This document shows, piece by piece, positions 13,008 to 24,894 of a stretch of DNA of 64,000 nt. The notes below the pieces were generated by a model. The model worked only from the letters and a program-made list of their open reading frames with translations. It was not told the origin of the DNA and searched no databases. The DNA is taken from contig MU271183.1 in NCBI GenBank assembly GCA_021432655.1, positions 1 through 64,000 on the forward strand. The letters run 5' to 3'. This stretch comes from Atractiella rhizophila. Its lineage: Eukaryota. The number at the start of each line of letters is the position of its first letter. The stretch's first letter is position 1. A program made the translations under genes and the position numbers.

Positions 13008-14679
13008 CGAAAGAAATTGATCTCATCCACTACTCGGCAGTTCTGTCACGCTGAGGTTGATTGGTGACTTAGGGTTAGGGACCAACATGTTGTTGATTGG
13101 TTGACCAAAAGTGAGCAAGTCCCTTACCTTCCTGTACCAATCCGAGTGTCGAAGGTGTGACACTCTCATTCTTCTTTTCATCATACCTACTATGGAGCGT
13201 TCCTCCTCCCCCGATTTCTCGCTCGACATTCCCGCCCACCATGAAGACATGTCCCTGACGTTAGCCATCCCCAAGGATATCGACGAGGTTTCGAATCTTC
13301 TCGCCGTCGAGGAACCGTCATGGGGTGGTCTGGGATTTGCTGGAGATGATAGTGTGATGATGGAGATGATGACGGGTAAGAAGAAGGAGGTGAAAGTTGG
13401 GCTGGCAGCTGTGGAAGAGGGCATTCGAAAGGGAGAGGTATTGAGAGAGAGGGGTAAGAGGGGATTGGTACTCAAAGACAAGGATGGGAACAAGGGTGCG
13501 TTATTCTTTTATGTCGGCGCGCATCGCGAGTCCGTTTGATACGTCTTCGGTCAACGCAGGTCCCTTGATGTTGTGTTGACGCTGCAAATGGAATTGAAAC
13601 CACTCCGCTTCATCTGTCGGGACCAAATGAGCATTTTACAAAGCAGAAGCAGACGCTAGACCCGACCGTCATGAGGCGTAGCGCCAGTTGCAAGAAGAGA
13701 ACCAACACCATGAAGATGTGATACATTTCTTGTCTGAAGCCGTTACCATGTCTGACATACTGGAAGGTGCAATATTGCCATTCCGTCAGCGGAAAGTGAA
13801 GCTTTCAATGCTTCTGTCCAATGAGCTGGTGGCTCATCAGGCGGCGTCCAGGCACGAAAGTCAGTAATGACGGGATACTTTCTTTTCTTTCCATCCACGA
13901 GATATAGGTATGCGGATCCCTCCAGAGTTATTACAGAGTCAGGGATTGCATGTCCGGCTGGGTCCGTTAGACACCCGCCAGAGTTGTTTGCTAAGACTCT
14001 GCAGACATCGAGTGCGAATTTATGATCAACTCCAAAACCGAGCACCTGCTCGAGCTTGGGAGGACAATCAGCAATTCTTTAGGCTCGGGGCGAAAGAGCT
14101 TGACGCGGCGGTTAGGATCCTTCAGGTCCGTATGCGTTGGGATAGGAGGGTCTTGTCCCGGTGTACGTCTATCCATCGAAAGAAATTGATCTCATCCACT
14201 ACTTGGCAGTTCTGTCACGCTGAGGTTGAGTGGTGACTTAGGGTTAGGGACCAACATGTTGTTGATTGGTTGACCAAAAGTGAGCAATTCCCTTACCTTC
14301 CTGTACCAGTCCGAGTGTCGAAGGCGTGACACTGTCATTCTCCTTTTCATCATACCCACTATGGAGCGTTCCTCCTCCCCCGATTTCTCGCTCGACATTC
14401 CCGCCCACCATGAAGACATGTCCCTGACGTTAGCCATCCCCAAGGATATCGACGAGGTTTCGAATCTTCTCGCCGTCGAGGAACCGTCATGGGGTGGTCT
14501 GGGATTTGCTGGAGATGATAGTGTGATGATGGAGATGATGACGGGTAAGAAGAAGGAGGTGAAAGTTGGGCTGGCAGCTGTGGAAGAGGGCATTCGAAAG
14601 GGAGAGGTATTGAGAGAGAGGGGTAAGAGGGGATTGGTACTCAAAGACAAGGATGGGAACAAGGGTGCGTTATTCTTTT
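12367..14679. repeat. Tandem duplication, 2 x ~1.15 kb (12367-13510 / 13511-14679), covering the HNH 5' half and exon 1 of the neighbouring + strand gene
   Basis: Direct alignment; the junction at 13510/13511 truncates both genes. Confidence 0.95.
13511..14176 (-). pseudogene. Second, partial copy or allele of the HNH pseudogene
   Basis: Same sequence with different indels and a CAA>TAA stop at 13636-13638 just before NAHLVP. Confidence 0.65.
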
Positions 14680-17600
14680 CCAGTTGAAAAAGAAAAGGTG
14701 ATGCACTGATGTCCATGATTGACTAAAGGAAAGAGTGAACGAATATTGGAACTGCACTCTAACGCCGCGAAGTCTCTCAATCTCAATTCACATGCATCAC
14801 GGAAAGCTATTCCTCCACCTCCACCAACTGTGAATGCTCCCCCATCCGTGGTCCGGAGAGCAGAAGAACGAGCGGAACGTGCTCTACAGGAGGCGGGTGC
14901 AAAGATGGAATCTGTGGAAGCTGCCCGTCATGCACTCGCCGCCGCCGCAAGCAAGTTCGATGCGTTCCCAGTCCCACAAATGCATTTTCAGGAAATGGGG
15001 ATTCCTCCAACTACGGTTGTGGAGCAACAGGAGGAAGAGGAGGCAAGCCTCCCGCCACCACCAATTCCATTCAATCTGAGGCCGACAACGACTCTTCCAC
15101 CACCTCCACCTCCGCCTCCGCCTATCAACCTCACCACGAACAAACCGAACCCACCGTCTCAACCTACTCCTCCCCTGACCGCTGCAATCGTAGAAGCGCC
15201 ACAGGGTAAGGTAACGACGGTACAAGCATGTCCCCTCACTACAAAGCTCTTCGCAACTGTCAACTCGAACTCCTCTCGCTCAATCTCCATCACCAATATG
15301 CCACCAAGTCACAAAAGCAACCTCTTGGACCCTGCAGTTTTCCACCCTCCTGCAAGTCAAAAACCGACCTCTGTATCTCTTCCCCCGCCAACACACGAAG
15401 ACACGGGTGAGGTGGGAGAGCTGGAGGAAGCTGAAGGGCAGAAAGAAGAAGGGATAAAACTCGACGAACTGGTCGAAAAGAAAGTGAAAGAGCCGGTAGA
15501 AGGCGGGAAAGCAGTCGAGGGCCAGGCGGAAGGACACCTGGAGGAGGAAAATGACTTGGCCAGAAGAAAGGCTCGCCGGACCAGTCGAGCGGCGGAGATC
15601 GGGATTGGAAGACCTTCCACTGCACCATGTCTGCAAGAACCTACCACGACGCTGCAAAAACCTACCACGGCAACCGCTACAGTAGAGCCTCCATCATCAG
15701 CCGTCGCGGAACGACGGGTCTCAGCTCTGCCACGGCGCGTAAGCATATCAAAACCTGCAGACATGAATGGATCTGTACCACTCGTCCCTGCTAATTCTTC
15801 AGTCCAGCGACGCCCAAGACGAGTCAGTCTCACCTCTTCTACACTCACTACAACTATCGCAGAACCTCAAACGTCTCGAAAAGCTAGGCGAAGCTCAATA
15901 GTTGTTGGGGATACCAATGACCTCGACCAAGGTTCGTCTGGCTCGACGGTGCCTGTCAGCGTTAAGATGAGGCGCCGGAGTTCAGTCGTTCTCACGGCAG
16001 AAGGGGGAGGTGAGAAAAAGAAGTCCAAGCTGAGGGAGCTCATGGATTCTATCGCCCCATTACCAGCTTCCACTCCGCTCAACTCAACGTCAACATCCTC
16101 CACCATCGGTTCTTCCACCACAGGCACACTGACCGGTGAGACAACCCGCGCCATCCGTCCGCCGCCTCGACGCTCAGTCTCGAATTCGTCTTCGGCGCTA
16201 CAACTAGACAAAGGAGTAATTGTGCCACCGAAAGATGACATGTTCACTCGTCGCATCTCTTCTTCAACAGCTGTCCAGCAACAATTTCTCCCTCCTCACC
16301 CTCCTGCAGTCCCTGCGAAGAATATTCATGACGACATGGGCTCACGAAAGTTAAGGGACACCGATCGTCGGAACCTCAAGGGAATCGACATGCAGTGGGA
16401 CGAACCTATGGAAGTAGAAGCAGAGTGGAAGCGTCGTTCACTCTTGGAGTCCTCTCACCGGGGCGAGAAGCGGAAGGTGGACGTGCGTGAGGAAGTACCC
16501 CAAAAAGAGGGAGAGGGAAGCCATGTTGTGGTGAAAAAGAGGAGACTTGAAGACTTGGTCATTGGCGAACGACCGAGAGCAAGAGTGAGAATGTCGAATA
16601 TTGTTGGGTTGGGACTTGGAACGCGAGAGGTGCTGGCGAAGGGGATGAGCTTGCACAGAGTGAGGAGGGGTCAGAATACATTGGATGCTATGGTTCAGGA
16701 ATCCACGTCAACCTCTTCAAAAAGCCAGGCTCCCCCTCCTTCATCATCGGATGATACGCCAGGTACCTCAACTTCAGGCAGACAGTCTCGTCCTTCTCCG
16801 GTTCCAGCGCCATTAGCAGAGACGGAACATCCAGAACCCGAACCTGAGGTAGAATATCAGGAACACGAGTTTTCCCCTGATCTCCCTGCTCTGCCAAGTC
16901 TTCCAACCTCCCTACCCCCTTCACAGCCCTCACAATCTGTCGAACCACGCCTTTACCAAGATACGGGTGTCTTTCACACGGCAGAGACCTTTGAACCTTC
17001 CTATCACCAAGAGGAGGCCAGCTTGGTGATTGGTTTTGGAGGCAAGAGACTCCGTGTGAAGGCTGGACCAAGCAAGAAGGAGGAGATTGTAGCCAATCAA
17101 GCCGAAGAGGAACGACATCAAGGGGCAGAAGAGGAGCGAGAGGAGCATGAGGAGTTAAACCATGAACCGGAGGTGCTCGCATTGGCCAACAACGCGAACA
17201 TTTCACCTCTACCTGCAGCGGATTCCTCACCTCTCCCTCCAGTTCTGTCAACAACTGAACAAAAACGTCAAATTTGTGACCCTTCTATCAACGTGGTCAA
17301 CGCGACCAAAGAATCTCAACGTCCTCCTGCTCCCAAGTCGCAACCTCGAGAGCCTCCTGCTAAAGTGAAGCCACTCACCGTCCCGAAGGCATTTGAATTC
17401 GGAAAGTCGCGTCCTCGCATAAAAGATCAGCGCAAGGAGGCAGAGTCAAGTAGCGCACAAACTACAAAACAGAGTGGAAGGCCTCCAGCGAAGGAAAGAG
17501 ATAAGGAGAAGAAGTTGACAGTCCCCAAAGCATTCGAATTCGGCAAGTCGCGGCCGAGGAATCGAGATGATAAGGTCGTAGAAAAGGTGGACTTGAAGGA

Positions 17601-18080
17601 CAGAGCGCAGGGAAAGGCGGTATTGGCACGGACTGACAGGCCGCGCAAGGTCGACGGTGACCGCGCACAGACTGTTGAGGTAAGGCAGTTCTCCACACCA
17701 CATCGTTGGTCCTTACTGTTGCTGATCCACTACATAATTAGAATGATCGCCATATCGAACCACCTCCGCTCGACATTCCCGAGACACAACCCCAGACCTT
17801 TCAGCCATCAGTGCCCTTTAGCGCCAACCGGGATACTGATACTGAACCTGTCACTATCTCTGCTCAAGGTTCGGGCAATGGGCTCGCGATTACATCGTCT
17901 TCTACTCCTCAAGCTCCAGTCCCACACCCTGCAGATCACGTTGATAATGAAGCCCGGCGACATCCACCTACTACATCAAGGTCGGCACAACCGCAGGCCG
18001 CCAAAGAGAAAGGGAAGGAGAAGTCGCAGGCCGTCAAACGTAAGGCAGAGGCTACTGAAGAGCCGGTTCGTTCTCCTTAA
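14361..18080 (+). CDS. Large disordered P/S/E-rich protein with two TPX2-like LTVPKAFEF motifs (possibly microtubule-associated); 3 exons
   Basis: ATG 14361; introns near 14665-14728 and 17680-17741 join the 1128-aa ORF in frame; repeated LTVPKAFEFGKSRPR. Confidence 0.75.
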
Positions 18081-19128
18081 CCTCCGATCCTTCTATTGGC
18101 ACTGATATCGCACAGCCGAAGAAAAAGATGAGAACGGAGCCGAAACCTTTCGTTTTCACAAGTGGCAAGAGTGTGAGGAATAAAGAGAAGGATAAAGCGC
18201 CACAAGCGCATAGCGAGCCAAGGAAAGGGAAGGTACGCCTGATTCCACGATTCTACTGCATGAGGAGGCTCTGACGCGTCGTTCAGGTGACAATTAGATT
18301 GAGAGAGAGTGCAGCTTGATATCCGGTTTGTGTATGCCTCCCGTGCTCCCATTGTATCATCGGACAACGCTTATTTATTCCCCTTCTCGGTTTGCACCTG
18401 TATATGCTATTTCATCACTGTATGCATGTTAGCACCAAAAGCAAAACTGAAAAGCTCCGCTTAATGAAATTGTGACGTCCCACGGCAACACCTGACTAAG
18501 TGGAAGCCAAGAGAAGTTTCTGGTTTCCCTCAATTTCCCTGTTTCGCCCTGATTTCGCTTGCTTTTCGATCGGAAGACCACTTCCGATGTTTTGGGCTAA
18601 CTATGGAACTGCCTCGCTTTGACGCCTGGAAACCGACAGTTTTCTGCGAGATGATGAAAGAAATGCAACTCCAAGCGTAAAATGACTGATGAAACGCCGA
18701 TCTCGCATCGTGCTCCATTCCGGGAGTGAAATGGGAGTTACTTGTTGATGACAAGGCTCACAATTTTATGCTTTTCTGTTTGTCGGGAAGGAGAACGTGT
18801 CAGAAACCTTCTTTAGATTTAAAGTTCGTGATTTTGCAAGACAACGACGACGCCTTGAAAAGGACAAAGAACTCCTTCGTGTCTCCCTTACCTCCTTCGC
18901 CTTTAGATCTTAGACCTTAACAGCAACCCTTTCGCAAGCACGAGCACAGCAAACGATTGTACTTTCTCGGTTTCATACAGCTATATATACTAATAGACCT
19001 TCGACTCCTTTAATCCTCGTTGTCTTCGACATTTCAACTCCACCAAACTGGCCAACCTGGACTCCTCAAAGGCCTCTGGCTCAAAGCTTCACAAATCCTC
19101 AAGAAAGAGCTTGCCTCCTCCTTCAAAC

Positions 19129-19807
19129 ATGCCAAAGGTCGCGAGAAAGGTGAGAATTTACGTTTCTGAATCCGACAGGTTCCGATAAAGCGCCGTTATT
19201 GCTCACGTAGGTCGTGTCTTTGCTTCATCTTCGCTCTCATCATCGAGTTTCGCAACCCAATTCCCCCGCCGCGAAGTCGTTCGAGCTCGCTCCTCCTCCC
19301 CATTCAGACTTCGCCCATGCTCCCATCATGGCAAACGTTCACGAGTTGGTGAACCACCTTCACATCTCCCCTCCCTACTTTTATCAAAGCACGACGAACT
19401 ACGATTCAGAATGCGAGTCCCTCGAAGGAGAGGAAGGAGCGGATGGGAAGGAAGACAGATCCTCAATCGACACCTTGAAGGATCTTGGTTCCGCAGAAAG
19501 TGTTTCGCTGTCCTCGAACGGCCATGGATCCATCAACGCAAACGGGAACGCCAGAAGTCAAATCATTCCCTACTTCACCCTCCATCCTCCTTCGAATAAT
19601 ATCTCCTCCTCTCCATCCTCTTATGGGTCAGCCAGAAGGAGAGCTCGAGCATTCACGGCAGGTGGAGATAGACCTCAGTTTCAAACTGCTCTTGCACCCA
19701 ACATGGTACGGAAGAAGATCCGTCCTCCGTCCAGAGAACCGTCTCTAAATGCTGCTACTCCCCGTTCCGTCCCGCCACTCCCCAAAAGTTTACAAACGAG
19801 GAAATAA
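19129..19807 (+). CDS. Hypothetical S/P-rich protein, 2 exons
   Basis: MPKVARK, then intron 19150-19210 (gtgaga...gctcac..tag), in frame with the 197-aa ORF. Confidence 0.6.
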
Positions 19808-20999
19808 TCTTGTTTTCCTACCTCCTCGAATCAAACGAATCTGTGTCTACGCTTCACGTTGAGTTCTGGCAACCATCTCGTTCGTTCGACACTTTCGTTC
19901 TCAGCGATCGCCATATACACGTGCAACTCTCCAAAACATCCAACACCACTATATCGGTCCCATCAATTTCTTTCCCCCTGTCTGCGCTTTTTCCTCTTCG
20001 GTTTTCTTCTTCCCATCCCCACTCCCATCGCCTCGAATACTCAAGCATTCTCATTCGTGCCATGTCCCACATGGCTTTATGGTCTTTCATGTGATATGGC
20101 CATCCATGGATTCTTCCGTGCTCGTTTATTCAGTTGACGAGATCGATTGGATCATTCATCCGTCATTTTCTGTGCTCTGCTTCGTTCTCATTCACCATCC
20201 CATCGCCTTCACCTCTCCTAGCCACCAACTTCCTTGGTACTTTCGTTTGGTGTGCGTGTCTCACCACTCCCTTTCCCCCCTTCGAAGACCTACTCTTACT
20301 TTAGCTCCTTAATGATTTTTTACTCCAGCATCCTTTGTATCAGAACTTGTCTTACCTTCCTGCGTGTCCATGAATAAATAATTAACTTGGTGTGTCTAGA
20401 TCTTCGTGATATACAGCTTCCTCTACCTTACATATTTCTCAGTTGTACGCATACACTTTTCTTCTATTTTTACGAATGAATTTCCTAATTTCCAATGTAA
20501 AGTTGCCCTGACCCTTCCTAGAGAAAACGTCAGTGGCGCAGAGGTTCCAAAGCATGAGAGATAGGAAAGCGGCTACGACTATTCACACGAGCGGCTGAGG
20601 AACCACTGCAACATTTATTCATGCTGATTACATCTCCGCCTTCCAGGTAGTGCGCCTATCTTTAGGCCTCCTAGCCCATAATTGTATGACGTCCTTAAAC
20701 AACGGCCTGTATCGACCTGCAGTGCATAGACATAGAGAAGGGACAAGTAGAATTGAGTTACTCTGCTTGTTCTAGGTCAACACGAACGAGCGCCGGTCGT
20801 TGGAGTTCCGTGTCATGCTCCTTCGCATTCATCACGGTGTTGTTGAGCAGCCAGACTATTTCGCCCTGAAACGATGAGAGTGTGCTTCATTGAGTTTGCT
20901 GAGATCCCGACGTCTGGGCTTTCATCTCACAAGTCAGCTAGTCGCTCTCTTTTCACATCCAAAACAACCCTGATGTTCAATATTTGAGAATTTTACAAG

Positions 21000-22012
21000 C
21001 TACCAGGGCAAGGTCTTGTCTTCAGTGTCAACGGCGTACAGTTTACCCGCCGTTTCTGGGGTAACTTTGTCGATAATAGCCCATGAATCCCGAATACTTT
21101 CCTCTGTAGTGTACGAAGACTGGAGTCACATTAATGCGATTTAACTTGCGCAAACCTCTTCTCACCTTCACAACTGCACCTTCTGCGTCCTTCACTTCCC
21201 CCATATCGGTGTTGACCCAGCCAGGGTGAAGAGCAATGAAGGTGAATCCTTCATGACGGAGGTTAGCATCGAACTTTCTCGTGGCCATATTCAGAGCTTT
21301 CCAATACAAGTCAGAGAAAACCTATCGTGGAGAGAAAACATGCCTGCTTTAGAAACAGAATATGCCCCCATGTAACCGATCTGCTTCCAAAAGAACTCAT
21401 GCTCGGGATCTATCATTCCAATAGAACCTGCAAGGCTGTTGATGTTGACAACTTTTTTCTCGGCACCACGGCGTAACAACGGAAGGAAAGCTAATGTCGT
21501 TTGAATCGTTCCCAAAACGTTTACGCGGAACTGAATCAGGCGGGCGTGTTAGGACACTCTGATGCAACGGTCTACCTTGGGTACTGACGCTTTCTTCAAA
21601 CATGGCGATGGGAATATCAATGAAGGCGATCGGCCCGCCGCCTTCTAAAAGGACTCCAGCGTTATTGATGAGGACATCGATCTTGTCCGTTCTCTGCTCA
21701 ATCTCATGGACAGCAGCCTGTATTAGCGCTCAGCAAGCATCTAATTGACGAAATGAGATGAGAAGCTCACATTGATGGAAGCCGCATCAGAAATGTCCCC
21801 AACAATGATGTGGGTGTTCGGTCCCGTTAGTGCAACCAGTTCAGGAGACACCTTTCTTGCAATGGCGAAAACCACATTGCGAGGGTCGCTAGAGAGCTGT
21901 TTTACCCATTCGAGACCTGTTAGAAGTGATGTTAGGCTAATCAGAATGTCTTTTCAACCAGCGTACCCATTCCTCTGGCAGTTCCTGTGACAGCGAACAC
22001 TCGGGAGGACAT
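21000..22012 (-). CDS. Short-chain dehydrogenase/reductase (C-factor/sniffer-like), multi-exon
   Basis: TGTARGMG, DVLINNAG, YSVSK, IALHPGWVNTDMG, C-terminal LPW*. Confidence 0.9.
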
Positions 22013-22977
22013 CTTGGAGAATTGATGTTGTTTTACTTGATCTTTGGCTGAAAATATTTTGCTAGAGTCGCTTCAGCAGTGACCTTTATATCTTTGCCAC
22101 ATTGTTCCTCTGAATAATGTTAAATGTGTGATACCTCATCCAATACTCCATTTTCAGACACTAGGTATCATATTATTGTAAGAATGTCGGCTCTCTCGAG
22201 CGCCTCCATTCACACGTAAAGATTTCGGCGGCCATTACATTCCCGATTCATCATGCAATACATCAAACGACAGGACTTTCCCCCCGCGCTCTGGCTACAC
22301 AATACTGTAAACGAGGACCGCGGGACATCGATCCTCCACCTGATGTGAAAAGGACATCCTAGAACAACTGTGGTAGTAACCCCAGCGCCACCGTTGACTT
22401 GTCGCTTACACTAACGTGGCTTCACAACTTCCCGTCGAATAAAGTATGAGTTTTTAAGCTCGGCGAAACATGACGCTCGTCGATAGGACAACCCAAAGAT
22501 GAAGAGAAGTTATAACAAAAAAAAGGATAGATCCAATGCTAGAGTCAACCTCATGTTTCATGGTCGTAGCAGTTTGTTACCCTGGGCAACCCACTTATCA
22601 AGTATTCTCTCCAAATCAACCGGTTGATTTGAGGTCGATGTTGTTCAAGACAAGACCATAACAAGAGATCATGACTAAACGATGAAAAGGCGGATGAGAA
22701 AAATTTGAACAAGGATATGGCAACGTTTAATGTTGCAGGAGATCTCGATCCTTAATGTTTGTTTGCCAGTGCCAGCTGCAAAAGCGCGCGTTTGTCCAGG
22801 ACAGAAGTATGAGAAAGCATTTGAGGCAACATAGTCCTTGATAAGGTCACAAATGCACCAGTTCTAACAGTTGCATGAACAGAGTCGACATTCGCTTAAG
22901 ATAACCAGGACAACATTCGCTTAAGATAACCGGGACCATTGATCTAAACGATAAAAATTATGGAAGCGCTTACACCT

Positions 22978-24019
22978 TCACCAAGGCAACGTCTTATCCT
23001 CCGTATCTACGGCGTAGAATCTGTTAGCTGTTTGCGGTGTGACTTTGTTGATGAGTTCCAGCTGATCCCTGATGCTCTGTTCTGTGGTGTATTGTGACTG
23101 CGAGCAAAGTCAACTACTGCCCTATATCGTGTGCTCTTACCTGTACAATTTCGCCATCCTTTTCAACTTTGGCCGTCTCTGTCTTCACCCAACCAGGATG
23201 AAGAGCTATGAACGTAAAGCCCTGGTGTCGCAAATTTGCGTCAAACTTCCTCGTAGCCATATTAAGAGCTATTTAAGACTCCTGACTAGCGCTCGGCATA
23301 GCGAGACTCTCCTCTTACCAGCTTTTGAGATGGAGTATGCACCTGGAAGAAATTGAATCAGTCCACCGACTGCGCAAAGACATGCAAACCTGATGCCCCA
23401 ATATCCTTCCAAAACATGTCCCGCCCTGGATCGACAGTCCCAATTGAACCAGCAATACTGTTGATGTTGACAACTTTCTTCTCTGTACCCTTTCTGAGGA
23501 GCGGGAGGAAAGCTCTGACCATTTGGATTGGTCCCAATACGTTGACTCGAAACTGGCAAGTGAATTAGATAATCGTTCCTTTATGTGGAAGCTTACGCTT
23601 TCAGTGATCAGGCCAATAGGAATGTCAAGGAAAGGAGTAGGTCCTCCACCCTCTAGGAGCACAGCAGCATTGTTGATAAGGACGTCCACTTTGTCAGTTT
23701 TCTGGGACACTTCACTAACAGCCTCCTGTCCAAACGGCTTGAGTATTGGCTGGACGCAGCGAAGATAGAAGAATACTTCAATTGAAGACGCGACGGAGAC
23801 GTCTGCCGAAATAATGTGCACCTTTGCGCTCATCAGAGCGAGGAGCTCAGTAGAAGGCTTGCGAGCGATTGCAAAAATGACGTTCGTAGGATCTTGTGAG
23901 AGTTGCGTGACCCATTCCAAACCTGCGAATGGGGTCAAAACACTTTTCGTGATAAGCTGGACAGGCTGCTCACCCAAACCACGAGCAGTTCCGGAGATGA
24001 CGAAGACTCGAGTCGACAT
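22978..24019 (-). CDS. Short-chain dehydrogenase/reductase, tandem paralogue of 21000-22012
   Basis: SGTARGLG, DVLINNAA, YSISK, IALHPGWVKT, LPW*. Confidence 0.9.
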
Positions 24020-24894
24020 TGAGTATGAGTTGGATGGTGACTTGTCGAGGACCCTTGAAGCTGGCGCTGTTTTAAAAAACCCAACAACAACAAAATCGAC
24101 ACAAGACAACCAAGACGGTCCTCGGAGGAAGTCGACCTAAGTCAGCAAGCGCAAAAGACAAGCTGACGAAGATGCCTGGTAGAATCGAAAGGAAAGATTT
24201 ACGATACATGCCACACGAATACTACCAGTCCCCGAAGCATTCAGTAGGTAGCAAGTGGTTCAGAGCAGAAAAACGTCTCAGGCATCGGCGTTTGGGCAAG
24301 TATGCAACCTCTCAGAGGATGAGACCTCTGCTGACTGGGTGGACGAGGTGGTTCACCCGTTCTGCGACACATCAATGGCATGAGGCCATCGGTACGCCTT
24401 GTGGCTATCGACTCGACGGTCTAAGGCGGAGTGCCAATGACCCTCCTCACTCCTCCAGCACGTCGACTGATGACCTACGCGTTTTATGATCCTAAGCAGG
24501 TGTGTAGATTCGCCACAGTCCTATGCAAAAACATTATCAGAACATTTTCAGCACATATGCTCAACTTGCCTTTCAGGTCAGGGTCAGGGTCAGCAGATTT
24601 GGGCAACGTAAGGGGACATGCAAGCAAGCGCGGAGTGACATAGCAAGGCAAGGGTAACATTGCACCGCAATCATCAGATCGTAGAGGCCGAAAGGCGTAC
24701 AAATGGTTGAGGTTGAAAGTAAACTGCTGCATAACAAGAAAATCCAACATCACAGACAGCATAATTGTCGCCAAGCTGGCAAACAGGGAGAGAAACGTTA
24801 AAGTACCATCATATCATCAACTGTTGTGAATAAAGCGCAAGCCCCTAAGAAAACGACGCAATTGAAAGTCTCGAATAGGTAAGAAATGCAACAT

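Noticed and set aside
13069..13080. (TTAGGG)2, also near 14238
   Set aside because: Only two units; compatible with chance and duplicated only because it lies in the tandem repeat
22889..22938. Two ~25-bp direct repeats (ACATTCGCTTAAGATAACC...)
   Set aside because: Simple local slippage duplication; not an array or a mobile-element end
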